Sequence record: OR067838.1 | From: Escherichia phage KKP 3954 | Strand: one strand, 5' to 3' | Length of the DNA: 64,000 nt | In this document: one piece after another, positions 1 to 10,366 of the stretch | How positions within the stretch are numbered: the stretch's first letter is position 1 | Layout of the letters: each line of letters begins with the position of its first letter | Notes under the pieces: generated by a model | Database searches by the model: none | Seen by the model: the letters and a program-made list of their open reading frames with translations, nothing else | Told to the model about the DNA's origin: nothing | Program-made: the position numbers and the translations under genes

Positions 1-1224
1 AGTTGTTCCGTTGACAGTTTGATAAACAAGTTTTACGGAATACATAGCAGAGGCTCCAGGAGAGAAACGAATAATTTCTTGTCCTCCGTCTTCTGTTGTA
101 ACTGTTATGTTCGTTGTTCCATGTGTCAAAGTGTTGATTGGTTTAGTTTTATAAATAACCTCGGCAACTTCTTCAGCACTTCCTCCATAAACTATAGTCT
201 GGAAAGTCATAGCTGGAGCATGTTCTTGATCATGCAATGTAGGGTTATCATAAATCTTCACCTTGGTAACACCATCGGTAAGCAACAGTGCTTTCACAAT
301 AGCTGCACGTGTCCCTGCATTAGCTTCGTCTACGTTGTCATTGAAACGAGAACGGAATTCTGCATCTGTCTCAACGTCTCGACCAGGAGAAAATGAATAG
401 AAGTTACCACTATCAAGATAACCTGTGAAGGTAGAAGAGATACCTGTAATGGACTCTACACCCACCGGATTATATCCTTTCTCTGCTGCAACTACCGGAA
501 TTTCACTCCATTTGGTTCCAACTGGAACACTAGCATAAAATTTGATAGGAGTTACTAGTCCCACTGGAGTATCATTGGTTAAAGAAGTAAAACCAATTGA
601 CAAGTTACCAGAATCAGAAAATACAAGACTACGATCAGCCTCTGTTAAGTTTGCCTTGATAAAAGTTTCAAGATCGGCTATAAATGTAGAAGAACCAGGT
701 GCAAGTGTTTTACTGTTTAGTCCTCCATCTATCGCACTTTGTGCATAAAAGGTAATATTTGGAACACCTGTAGCAGTTGCATTAGCACGAGAAATTTGAT
801 AAGCTGCAATCTTAGCATTCAACATAGTTGGTGTGCTAACATAGTAGTTCATATCGCTATCAGAGTTGAAGTAAATATCTGTGCCTAACTCGTAAGTCCA
901 AGCTGCTTTGTTATTACTTTTAACATATGCATAACCTGTGCTTGCTGCTGCCCCTGCTCGATAGAAACCACGTTTAGAAAAGATTTCGTCAAGATAAATA
1001 CCTTCTGCACCATCCAGTGTTTGAGTATTATAAACCCCTTGCATACCTTCCCACAATGTGTAATCTGTGTATGCAATTATTCTAAACAGTTGTCCGATCA
1101 CAGTATCTTCCGAAGTGGCTGCATCTGCACCAAATGTGTTTTTTACTGCTGTCATGTAGTTGTTTAAAACATCGTCAAAAGTCGGGATTACAAATCCCGC
1201 ATCTGTCAAACCATATTCGTCCAT
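1..1224 (-). CDS. structural protein, baseplate-J-like N-terminus; C-terminus lies beyond window start
   Basis: Stop-free minus-strand frame from ATG (1224..1222) to the window edge, absent from ORF track because no stop in window. N-term MDEYGLTDAGFVIPTFDDVLNNY. Start overlaps upstream stop (TAATG). Confidence 0.4.
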   Translation of the reverse strand, partial: MDEYGLTDAGFVIPTFDDVLNNYMTAVKNTFGADAATSEDTVIGQLFRIIAYTDYTLWEGMQGVYNTQTLDGAEGIYLDEIFSKRGFYRAGAAASTGYAYVKSNNKAAWTYELGTDIYFNSDSDMNYYVSTPTMLNAKIAAYQISRANATATGVPNITFYAQSAIDGGLNSKTLAPGSSTFIADLETFIKANLTEADRSLVFSDSGNLSIGFTSLTNDTPVGLVTPIKFYASVPVGTKWSEIPVVAAEKGYNPVGVESITGISSTFTGYLDSGNFYSFSPGRDVETDAEFRSRFNDNVDEANAGTRAAIVKALLLTDGVTKVKIYDNPTLHDQEHAPAMTFQTIVYGGSAEEVAEVIYKTKPINTLTHGTTNITVTTEDGGQEIIRFSPGASAMYSVKLVYQTVNGTT

Positions 1225-1466
1225 TAGTCATCCTCTTTGGTAGATTGTGATCTGCCCCAACGTAAATCAATAAGATTTTTCATGAGGCGAGAAGGGGTTA
1301 TCATGAAAACAAAAGCCCAACCCATCCATTCAGGAATTTCTTTTTCTATTCCTAAAAAGATAAACATGCCTGTCATAACCGACATGCCTACAGCGTTCCA
1401 GACTTTAGTAGAACTGACTTTATTATCAGGATATATACAGAACATACCTATTAAAAATTTTCTCAT
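1224..1466 (-). CDS. small membrane protein, possible holin-like
   Basis: 80 aa with two to three hydrophobic segments (VGMSVMTGMFIFLGI, MGWAFVFMI). Confidence 0.25.
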   Translation of the reverse strand: MRKFLIGMFCIYPDNKVSSTKVWNAVGMSVMTGMFIFLGIEKEIPEWMGWAFVFMITPSRLMKNLIDLRWGRSQSTKEDD

Positions 1467-1768
1467 AGTGCGTTCTCATTACTTTTTAAATCACGAGATA
1501 CAGCTAATTCCCCAAGGTCTACAGAACCCGCTGAATGCACAAATACAGCAGCACTAAGACTAATGGCAGTAGTACCTGGGGCAATATCAGCAGGTAGGGA
1601 ATACGCCCTTTGCGTCTCCTTGTCATAGATAACCTTATACCCACCCAAATCCACACCAACTGAGAAATAAACAACTTCTGATTGCTTAACTCCGAAGTGA
1701 CGGGCTATAGCTTGCTTGTTAGTTTGTTTTGCTACCGAGCCTGTTGGCTGAGTAAACATTTCATTCAT
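1463..1768 (-). CDS. hypothetical protein
   Basis: 101-aa ORF, 4-nt overlap with downstream gene. Confidence 0.3.
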   Translation of the reverse strand: MNEMFTQPTGSVAKQTNKQAIARHFGVKQSEVVYFSVGVDLGGYKVIYDKETQRAYSLPADIAPGTTAISLSAAVFVHSAGSVDLGELAVSRDLKSNENAL

Positions 1769-1820
1769 GGATTAATCCTCGTGTTTTAGTTTTAAATGCC
1801 CCGCCGAAGCGGGGTTTTGT

Positions 1821-4217
1821 TTAGTCGGTTATGCTTGATATCGCTGCATACTGGTTCACGGATACAGGAGTTGCGTCTATTCTAGTGTTTCTCGATGATG
1901 ACCTAACCATCAGAAACACCATAGCGCGTCCAGATCCGTCAACATACTTGAGTATCCCTGTTGTATTTGCGGATATTTGTTGTAGGAATATCTGTCCTTG
2001 CGTTGTCGATGTAATAACAGCCGGAGTAGACACCACGGCTGAACCGATTATAAATACACTTATTTTTCCGGATAATTGATACAAAAGCGCCGCAGTTCCA
2101 GAAAACGTACCGGATGCCAATGTAACATTTATATCCCCCGACAACCGGATATACGCGCTTGGTGATGCCGTTATTGTTACGGATGAAGCGTTTATACGAA
2201 ACCCTTTATAACTGGTTACGACTCTGGTAAGTGAGACAGACCCTGTTACATTTATAACGAAGTCGCCGCGAAAACCACCTTTTTGTCTAACGATGTTTAC
2301 AATTTCTATCGCCCGCTCCAGAGATGCTACAGCCCTACCAGAAACAAATCCGGAGTTCTCATCGTTACCAGTTGCAGGGTTAACAAAGATTTCTCTCGTG
2401 AAATCCATCCCTAAATAGTTTACAGCAGACCAGTTACCAATACTTCCATAATCAGTAATAGCAGGGCTTACATTCTCTACGCGCAATGGTGCATTAGTGA
2501 ATGTTCCACCAACCATCCCATTAGAGAACCCTCCGACTGGGGGCATACCACGAGCAATAACTTTACGCTCAGTACCATCTTGACCACAGAAGAAGAACCC
2601 ATAGGAAAGACAGGTATAGTTAATTTGCGACCAGTTATCCAAATCTATATAACTGTTAGCTATCACAAAATTGTGACGCATAATCATATTGCCGCCTACA
2701 TCTTCTACGTGCGGCTTTCGTAAGTGAATGTCTGTATCGTTAAATGCGAACGCCTGCCTCCACCATTCAACGACAGGTTCGTCGATAACAAAATCACGAA
2801 CTGTATCGCAAGTTATACCAGTATTCTGATTTTTTCCTTCAGCAGTCCATGCCGTTGCTGGATAGACTAATTCTGGATTGTCGGCGTTAGCACCAACTCG
2901 TGCAACATAAGGATTGGTTATACGTAGCCCGGCGTTTGCCTTATAAAGATGGATACCCTGACGCATAGCCAGCACTTTAGGGGAACGGAAATCAGCACCC
3001 CATGACCATCTAAAATACATTCCTAACATGGGTGCTGATACCAGATTACCGCCACGTTCTGTGATTCCTATACTGGTTTTTGTACCTTTACATCCAGGGG
3101 ACATTGAGAAGTTAAGACCTATCTTGACACCGCCAGAACATGCTACTGATAGGTCGAATAGGAATCCATCTGACATCGTGATATAACCGTTCACATCGGT
3201 AATATCGTTGTCAGGCGTGCCGATTAAAGCGCCAGTTTTCCTCACATAAGAAATACCTGACAACTCAAAAACAACTGGTTCTGTAGCAGCGGTGTTTAAA
3301 TCCGTCGGAGCATAATAAAAACCAACTGGTATTTGTCTGTTGAAATAGGTCTGCGCACCAACCTGATCGTAATGTACATGACGCATAAGCAGGAGCGGAA
3401 CAGCAGACTCTACACGAGAAGTAAACACCACATGAACTGGTTTAAGGCTATATTTATATGCCTCCAAAGCTGTAGCGTTGGCGTAAGATGATGCCATACC
3501 CGCTGTGATATAAGAGTTCAGAGCGTTGATTTTTTCTGTGCCTGTTCCGGCGAAATCATCAACGTAAAGCTCATTAATCAGTTTCGCATACAATCCATTC
3601 ACGATTGGCATCGGCGTGACTTCGGAAACAATCTCCCATCTGGATCCACCAGTTGACACTTTCTGACCCAGAATAAGAGTTGCATCAGCAGCCATAGCCT
3701 GGATATTACTAAAGCCGTGCACATAACGATCTCCACCCTCACTAGAGATGTTTTCTTTAAGAGATGCATCGCCAACACTAACCCACGCTCCTAATTTAAC
3801 CTCACCTGTGCTATCTGGAGTTGAACCAGTTGGAACTATTTTTGGTAGGTCACTATCCCAAGTGTAGCACTGACCACCTGCAATATACCAAACAGCATCA
3901 GTAGATGTGGATACAGTAGCCCCCTCTTCAAAACTACCATCAACAAGTGTTAACCCCGCTTCAGCAAGACTACGACGCCACTGTTCACGATCATTAAGAA
4001 GATTGTTATTCAACTCTTCCTGAACAGTATTACCATTTGAGGATTGTATTAAATCTGCTCCATCTGTATCTTTCAACTGGGTGGCTAAAACCACCCCAGT
4101 GTCAGTAAGAAAGTTGGAAACTGTGCTTTTAACAGTTTTATCAGGTTGATCTAAAACCAGGTAATCTGAACCATTAACTTTTGATGTTTCGGGTAAATTA
4201 GTAATTGTAGTTGACAT
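1821..4217 (-). CDS. tail spike / tail fibre protein
   Basis: 798 aa, Gly/Ser/Thr/Asn-rich repetitive composition typical of beta-helix tailspikes; position in tail module. Confidence 0.45.
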   Translation of the reverse strand: MSTTITNLPETSKVNGSDYLVLDQPDKTVKSTVSNFLTDTGVVLATQLKDTDGADLIQSSNGNTVQEELNNNLLNDREQWRRSLAEAGLTLVDGSFEEGATVSTSTDAVWYIAGGQCYTWDSDLPKIVPTGSTPDSTGEVKLGAWVSVGDASLKENISSEGGDRYVHGFSNIQAMAADATLILGQKVSTGGSRWEIVSEVTPMPIVNGLYAKLINELYVDDFAGTGTEKINALNSYITAGMASSYANATALEAYKYSLKPVHVVFTSRVESAVPLLLMRHVHYDQVGAQTYFNRQIPVGFYYAPTDLNTAATEPVVFELSGISYVRKTGALIGTPDNDITDVNGYITMSDGFLFDLSVACSGGVKIGLNFSMSPGCKGTKTSIGITERGGNLVSAPMLGMYFRWSWGADFRSPKVLAMRQGIHLYKANAGLRITNPYVARVGANADNPELVYPATAWTAEGKNQNTGITCDTVRDFVIDEPVVEWWRQAFAFNDTDIHLRKPHVEDVGGNMIMRHNFVIANSYIDLDNWSQINYTCLSYGFFFCGQDGTERKVIARGMPPVGGFSNGMVGGTFTNAPLRVENVSPAITDYGSIGNWSAVNYLGMDFTREIFVNPATGNDENSGFVSGRAVASLERAIEIVNIVRQKGGFRGDFVINVTGSVSLTRVVTSYKGFRINASSVTITASPSAYIRLSGDINVTLASGTFSGTAALLYQLSGKISVFIIGSAVVSTPAVITSTTQGQIFLQQISANTTGILKYVDGSGRAMVFLMVRSSSRNTRIDATPVSVNQYAAISSITD

Positions 4218-4225
4218 TTTTACTC

Positions 4226-6379
4226 CTATATATAAAATTTTTGTGTTGTTACTAAATCTTCTCCAGATTTAGTGGCTAATGTAATTCCACTTATGGTGGC
4301 AATCTCAACATTTACCTGTTTAAGAGTGATATCCTGTAAATAAACGTTCAAAGGCACGTTACCCATATAGAAAACTTGGGATTGAGAATTAACTACCGTG
4401 ATAGAATCATGCATTATTTGAGGATAGGCCCATATATATTGTGTAAGTCCGTCAAACTTATTGGCGTTCAACACTATGTTACCTATAATCATCTTCCAAA
4501 GATATGTGCGGTAGTTTGATTTAGGATCAAAGCCATACAAAGGTGCAAGAGTAGCATCTGGAACAAAACCTGAAAGGTAGTGAATATCAGAATATTCAAA
4601 ACCTAATTTTTCATGTGGTATAGTAATTGCATCAAATGCTTTCATCATCTTACCTTCCAGAAGCCAGTCATAACACTCTGAACAGTAAAAATCAAAAGCT
4701 TCAGGAATGTAGTAATCAGACGGGAAGTTAACTTTCTCCATCAAACCGTTGCCGATAATTGATGGCAAGAACGGAAGCAATGTTACCTTGGCTCCTGGGT
4801 AAGTTGCTCTAGTATCTGTTGCAAACTTTGTAACTCTTAATCCTAGTTTACGAGACAAAAATGCATAGTATTCGTCAAACGGCGTTCCTGTTTTATAATT
4901 ATCTATTGTTCCTGCATCTTGTGCAAATAAACCTGTTTCTGTGTTGAATGCCAGTTTGGTAGTGTAATCATATATGCAAGGCATTTTACTTGCTGTATTA
5001 TACCACCACCAAGGCTCACCAATTTGAATGACAACTGGAATATTATTAGCTTGCGAAATAGATGCTATTTTATTAATAACATTTTGCAAATATTCCATAC
5101 CTTCGTCAATAGTTGGAGACAATACGTAACTAGGAGGCTCATACCCTGTTGCTGCAAGAGCATCGTTCCAATCATGCTGGACCCATTCTACAGGACAAAC
5201 TGTGCTCATCAACTCAAAACTTAAAGAGTTCATTATTGTGTAACCCTTCTCGTTCGCTATAGCATGGAAACTATTTAGCCAAGCTTCTGTAGCGGGATTC
5301 AGGAAGACAGATCTATTTAAAGCCCAAGATGTTCCGTTCCATGAGAACTCATAATAGTGAGACATTCCATTGTAATGGTTAATCATTCCACGATAACCTA
5401 GCGCATATGTATTATAAATAACTCTCTCTGGAGTCAGGTTATACATATCATCATAAGATGTGCACATGCGAATATCATGTTCAGGCTGGACAAGGTTGCT
5501 GACTTTCATCATACTATAACCAGAAGTAGGTTCAAGAAGAGTGAAAGTAAACCAAGCCTCTTGACTGTCAATAGGTACAATCTCTTCTATTTCTTCATAC
5601 CTCGTTGTAATCAAAGAGAAGAAAATATCATCTACAGCACTCATATCCAAAGGAATATCATTATTAGGACCAGAGAAGATATTACCAAAATCTAATTTGA
5701 TTGTGGCTGTTTTACCATCTTCTGAAATATCTGAAGCGTAGAATCCTAAACTGACATAATGAACACTTTTATCCAAGAGAGTTACAGTCAAAGTCGGCAC
5801 CAAAGGTTCTTCTTTAAAACCTGGCATGTTTTGACTAATTTCCATTTTAAACCAAAGTTTCTCTGAACTTAAATCTGTGTGGGGTAAATACCCAACACCT
5901 TTATGGTCATATTTGTCAACTGTGCTCCAGATAACCCCTGCCAAACCTGCTGCTGTTCTGTTTACAAATCTTGCAGTAAAAGAGTCTCCATGAGATACAA
6001 TAGAACAACTTTCCGTTGCTTGAGAATCTATTGTCCAATACATAGGAGAGAACATTTTAACGTCTTTTGTAGTCCAAGTTATTGGAGTAGTATTTTCTTG
6101 GATCGTAGTTATAATACAATTGATGGTCGTTTCAACCATCATGTTATTTTGACTAATCCCTGAAACTTGGAGGGAGAAGTTAAGATCTATTGAGTTCTTT
6201 GGTCGTTCAAATACTTCAACCACAATGGTAGCAGAATCAGCATCATCAGGGAACACAAGTGTTCCCGATTTTGCAATATAATCTCTACCAGCGACTGCTG
6301 TTCCATCAACAGTCGTGTAGTTAAATGAACTCGCATTTACTCTCTTGTCTCGCGTGACAGTAAATATAGCTTGTTTCAT
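4226..6379 (-). CDS. tail fibre / receptor-binding protein
   Basis: 717-aa ORF adjacent to other tail fibre genes. Confidence 0.4.
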   Translation of the reverse strand: MKQAIFTVTRDKRVNASSFNYTTVDGTAVAGRDYIAKSGTLVFPDDADSATIVVEVFERPKNSIDLNFSLQVSGISQNNMMVETTINCIITTIQENTTPITWTTKDVKMFSPMYWTIDSQATESCSIVSHGDSFTARFVNRTAAGLAGVIWSTVDKYDHKGVGYLPHTDLSSEKLWFKMEISQNMPGFKEEPLVPTLTVTLLDKSVHYVSLGFYASDISEDGKTATIKLDFGNIFSGPNNDIPLDMSAVDDIFFSLITTRYEEIEEIVPIDSQEAWFTFTLLEPTSGYSMMKVSNLVQPEHDIRMCTSYDDMYNLTPERVIYNTYALGYRGMINHYNGMSHYYEFSWNGTSWALNRSVFLNPATEAWLNSFHAIANEKGYTIMNSLSFELMSTVCPVEWVQHDWNDALAATGYEPPSYVLSPTIDEGMEYLQNVINKIASISQANNIPVVIQIGEPWWWYNTASKMPCIYDYTTKLAFNTETGLFAQDAGTIDNYKTGTPFDEYYAFLSRKLGLRVTKFATDTRATYPGAKVTLLPFLPSIIGNGLMEKVNFPSDYYIPEAFDFYCSECYDWLLEGKMMKAFDAITIPHEKLGFEYSDIHYLSGFVPDATLAPLYGFDPKSNYRTYLWKMIIGNIVLNANKFDGLTQYIWAYPQIMHDSITVVNSQSQVFYMGNVPLNVYLQDITLKQVNVEIATISGITLATKSGEDLVTTQKFYI

Positions 6380-6387
6380 TTTACCCC

Positions 6388-7305
6388 TTACTCGGTAACG
6401 TCCACACTAATGTTTGCCATTGTCAAAACAGTAAGTGCAGGAATATTGCTCGAATCCAAAACAGGTAATGCATTTTGGGGATTAAGTTTTTTGTATAAAG
6501 CATACAACCCAAAACCACGTAACAACTCTCCAGCGTGGAAGCCAAAGAAGACTCCGTTATCACTATCTGGTCTAGGAGCGGAACTCCAACAGCCATTCAT
6601 AACATGATTAGGACCAAGAACAATATAATTTTCCTGAATAAGTTCAAAACAGCGGTCTGCTACTATTTTAATGTTAGGAATTTCTGAATCATACCCAGCC
6701 ATCCCCATTATAGCACATCCTGCCATAAAGAGCGCAGACATGTGACTTGTAAAGTCATCTACAGGTGCTGCCACTTCTCCGTTGGGATAAAATATTGTTG
6801 GTGTTCTTCCTTCGTTGTTGTCTTGGAACCACTTTAGATAGTTGATCCAGTTTTTACAAACTGTTAAAAGTTTTTCAGGAACTTCTGCCCCTCGTTGTTT
6901 CAGTTCGTATACTGTATGACACGCACAGAAGAATGCTCGTGCTTCATAACCATCCCAAGCTTTATCGTTCCAATGATACATTGTGAACTCATTCTTGTTT
7001 CCGTATTTATGAGCATCCCAACGATCCCAAACATAAGCTTGTGCCATTGGTCCAGGCATCACAGGGGCAAACTTATTATAAAACCACATTTGTGAATCAT
7101 ATAAAAAGTCTATACTGTTGTTCATACGAACCCAATCAATATCTCTCCCTTTAAAACAATATAAGGATGGGTATTGATAACCTGGGTAAGGAATACCACG
7201 CCAACCGTCATATAAGGCTGTGTTAGGATCACTGATATTGGAAAATGGAATGATTCCTGGAGTATAATTCAAACTGTTAAGTTTGTAGTCCAGTATTGTA
7301 TACAA
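6388..7305 (-). CDS. tail-associated protein, glycoside-hydrolase-like
   Basis: 305 aa, Trp/Tyr-rich, resembles alpha/alpha-barrel glycosidase fold by composition only. Confidence 0.3.
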   Translation of the reverse strand: MYTILDYKLNSLNYTPGIIPFSNISDPNTALYDGWRGIPYPGYQYPSLYCFKGRDIDWVRMNNSIDFLYDSQMWFYNKFAPVMPGPMAQAYVWDRWDAHKYGNKNEFTMYHWNDKAWDGYEARAFFCACHTVYELKQRGAEVPEKLLTVCKNWINYLKWFQDNNEGRTPTIFYPNGEVAAPVDDFTSHMSALFMAGCAIMGMAGYDSEIPNIKIVADRCFELIQENYIVLGPNHVMNGCWSSAPRPDSDNGVFFGFHAGELLRGFGLYALYKKLNPQNALPVLDSSNIPALTVLTMANISVDVTE

Positions 7306-9266
7306 TCTCCAAGTTTTGCTGTATAAGGATTTTCAGATGAAACTGTAACCCTGAAATACATTGTGTAATCATCACCAGTGGCTGAAGAATACAAAGATGG
7401 TATATCGTTAACGCAATAAAAATCGATTGCCCCTGTCAAGCCATTTGCAGGTTCAGAATCCAATGCAATATTGATCTGATCAACAGCAGTCAGGTTTATT
7501 GACGAAGGTTTTGCCTCTGTGTCTTCGTGATTAGGTTGCCAAGTACTTAATTTGAAATCGGCAGGACTTAAAGCTTTAGTAACCCATGCAGAATTTGTTT
7601 TTTCTAACATGGCCCACCATCTCCAACCTGCGGAATCCGTAATAGTGATGTTAAAATCATCTGCGTATGAACGATACGTAATAGATTTTAAATTGGCTGT
7701 TTTAGTTGGTGTTAACCAAAACCCAACAGTAAAACCACCATCTGAATCCATATTAGCAGAAACTATCTGATCACTATTTGTCCCAGCAATACCAGTTGCA
7801 TATTTATATTGTATCACAGTATTGCTTCCCCAGTCAACAATGATTCTAGGTTCAGCAATAATATATACACCACCCCCAGGAGGTTCGGTGCGCATAAAAC
7901 TGGATAGAGGTATATCCATCTTAGTCATATTAGCTGCACCAAGAGGTAAGCCACAACGATATGTCACTGTATCTGTTTCACTCTTAGTCTTGCTTAATTC
8001 TAACTCTGGACGGAAAAGAACACCTTCCCCTGCATCATCTACACCTTGAAACTCAATACGCAGTTTTGAATTCTGATCCACTCTGAACCAAACTGCCTGT
8101 TGTTCTAGAGTTGTTTGTGCTGCAACATCTTGGCGAATTACTGTGTATCCTAACTCGTCACGAGAATATTTAGGTATTGCTGTAGATGGGTATGAGTAAT
8201 CATACGAGATACCGTCTGTAAAAGGAATTATTGCTGTAGTAGATCTACGGAAGAATTTATCAAACATATCAATGTTTGAGTAGTCTTGGCACAGCAATAA
8301 AGAAGATTGCCAGCAAAGCCAGTATTTTCTCTCTCCTGTGATCTGATACATCAGGTAGTTTGCATCACACCACCACGTTTCAGCATCGGAAGCATTATCT
8401 TGATAACCTAACTCTACCGGAACGTTTACAGGACGGTTATGCCACATCTCATTACGCTTAAGCAGATATCCACCGTGTTCTACAGGGTTGCATGTAGCGT
8501 AGTTGAATTTATAGTCACCGTTCACAGAAGCATTTTTAAGCTGCACTGTTCCATATTCTGCGAAGCTGTGACCTGTAGATAAAATGTTACCATCCCAATC
8601 AACTTTACGTCCTAGACGATCTATAATCCATTCAACGTCCCACTGATCTCCATATTCTTTCCAGTTGGTTGAACCATCTGGGTTAATTGCATAAACTGTT
8701 GCGTTAACGGAGTTCCAACCAAGATTACCATTGAAAGCAAACCAAGCTTTATCTAAGTATTCCCCCCAATGCGGTGCACCTTTAGGAATAACAGTCCTTC
8801 CGTTAATCCAAGTCATCATGCTACCTTTGAACCCGCCGTGCGTAGGATACCCATCATCTGTGAGAGGGTAATGTGCTAAACGTGGTTCTTTACCATTGAT
8901 GATCCAGTTGGGACGATATTTAGCTGGAGGATCAGGAATAGGTTGGCCCCCGAAGAAGTGATCTATATAAGCTTGCCAATACTTTTCGGCAGATTCAAGA
9001 TATTTTTTATCCCCTGTAGCCAAATATGCATAAGCAAAACCAGTGATAAGCACAGATTGACCTTCGGTAGTAGCGTCACCGTTTGGTTGCCCTTCCTGCG
9101 CTGTCCAGTTAATAAAGTGTCTGTTGTTCGCCAATACGTTTTGTGGGTTGATAATGTAGTGCTGAACCGTAGGATCTATGGTAAGCCCAGTATTTCTTTC
9201 CAAAAACTGAACCAACCCTTCAATCAACTGAAACGTGTTGTCAATATTGTGCTTAACTCTTGACAT
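7269..9266 (-). CDS. tail protein with putative polysaccharide-degrading domain
   Basis: 665 aa; segment GFAYAYLATGDKKYLESAEKYWQAYIDHF recalls alpha/alpha-toroid glycoside hydrolases; aromatic-rich. Confidence 0.35.
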   Translation of the reverse strand: MSRVKHNIDNTFQLIEGLVQFLERNTGLTIDPTVQHYIINPQNVLANNRHFINWTAQEGQPNGDATTEGQSVLITGFAYAYLATGDKKYLESAEKYWQAYIDHFFGGQPIPDPPAKYRPNWIINGKEPRLAHYPLTDDGYPTHGGFKGSMMTWINGRTVIPKGAPHWGEYLDKAWFAFNGNLGWNSVNATVYAINPDGSTNWKEYGDQWDVEWIIDRLGRKVDWDGNILSTGHSFAEYGTVQLKNASVNGDYKFNYATCNPVEHGGYLLKRNEMWHNRPVNVPVELGYQDNASDAETWWCDANYLMYQITGERKYWLCWQSSLLLCQDYSNIDMFDKFFRRSTTAIIPFTDGISYDYSYPSTAIPKYSRDELGYTVIRQDVAAQTTLEQQAVWFRVDQNSKLRIEFQGVDDAGEGVLFRPELELSKTKSETDTVTYRCGLPLGAANMTKMDIPLSSFMRTEPPGGGVYIIAEPRIIVDWGSNTVIQYKYATGIAGTNSDQIVSANMDSDGGFTVGFWLTPTKTANLKSITYRSYADDFNITITDSAGWRWWAMLEKTNSAWVTKALSPADFKLSTWQPNHEDTEAKPSSINLTAVDQINIALDSEPANGLTGAIDFYCVNDIPSLYSSATGDDYTMYFRVTVSSENPYTAKLGDCIQYWTTNLTV

Positions 9267-9739
9267 TAAATAACTCCTGCTAAAACTAAGCTACCTGTCC
9301 AAGTTGCACCATTATCATAACTGATAAACTCAAAAGTGTCTGTTGCACCTTGACGATAACTCAAAACTGGGGAACGACCAAAACTCCATTTTACAGAAGA
9401 AGGCCATACGACTTTATTTGCACCACTTCCTTGACGCAAAGATAAAGTAAAGTTTAAAACTGCATTCGTTGCTACTGGAATATTAGTAAAACTAATTGTG
9501 CACGTTGCAGAAGATAAGGTTGCCGAAAAATATTCTGCTGAACTAATATCTAATGCCAAGGTGCTAGTTACTGTTCCCCGTGCATTTAAACGGTTTCTAG
9601 TTACCCCTGCACCACTCAATAGCACTTTCAAAGAAGTCTTCTTTGTTATTCCAGCCTGATCTGTTACAAAGAAATCTGTATCAGATACAGAGGTTGTTTG
9701 TGTAAGATCAGAAACTTTGATCGTAGTTAAATCTGCCAT
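9266..9739 (-). CDS. baseplate/tail protein
   Basis: 157-aa ORF translationally coupled to gp25-like gene. Confidence 0.3.
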   Translation of the reverse strand: MADLTTIKVSDLTQTTSVSDTDFFVTDQAGITKKTSLKVLLSGAGVTRNRLNARGTVTSTLALDISSAEYFSATLSSATCTISFTNIPVATNAVLNFTLSLRQGSGANKVVWPSSVKWSFGRSPVLSYRQGATDTFEFISYDNGATWTGSLVLAGVI

Positions 9740-10365
9740 TATTCTTCTACTCCTGTCATAGCTGTTATACCGAAATTATTGTTTGTAGCTAATGCATCAC
9801 CTTTTTCGTTAACCATGATTCTTTCCCCTGCTGACTCTGTAGACCATTCATTCCACCAAGTAGAGTAGGTATCACGTGGCAAACCAACAAAGTTGATAAA
9901 GCGATAAAGTCTATTCGAATTCTCAACAATACTGTAAGCTTCACAAATGATCGCTGCATTGTCTTCACCAGCTTCAGGGTAAATAAACTCTTCAGAAGGT
10001 TGAGTATTGAATATAGATGTTACTGTATCTGCTCCAACTGTGACCATAACTGTCATTGAGTAATAACGTTGATCCATGTCATAAGCAGATTTATAACTGT
10101 TTATTGTATCTATGTAAACGTTTTTGGCAATCTCTGCTAAAAATATTCTGTCTACAATATCTTTCTTTCTGGCAACACCAATAATCTCTTGTAAGTAAGG
10201 AACACCGAAGTTAGTATTTAAAAACCACTCTCCACGATACGTGTTCAGAGTTATCCCAAGAGTTTGTGCTGCAATTTCTGTTCTGGTTGTGGTGAGGACC
10301 AAATCCCCATCATCCATGATGAGGTCGTTGTTTGGTCCAAGCTTTAAGTCAAAAGGGATTCCCAT
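9739..10365 (-). CDS. baseplate wedge protein, gp25/GPW-like
   Basis: N-term DLKLGPNNDLIMDDGDLVLTTTRTEIAAQTLGITLNTYRGEWFLNTNFGVPY matches the GPW/gp25 family pattern. Confidence 0.55.
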   Translation of the reverse strand: MGIPFDLKLGPNNDLIMDDGDLVLTTTRTEIAAQTLGITLNTYRGEWFLNTNFGVPYLQEIIGVARKKDIVDRIFLAEIAKNVYIDTINSYKSAYDMDQRYYSMTVMVTVGADTVTSIFNTQPSEEFIYPEAGEDNAAIICEAYSIVENSNRLYRFINFVGLPRDTYSTWWNEWSTESAGERIMVNEKGDALATNNNFGITAMTGVEE

Positions 10366-10366
10366 G

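Noticed and set aside
19-748. Plus-strand ORFs 19-396 and 542-748.
   Set aside because: They lie antisense inside the long stop-free minus-strand gene 1-1224 and have no RBS.
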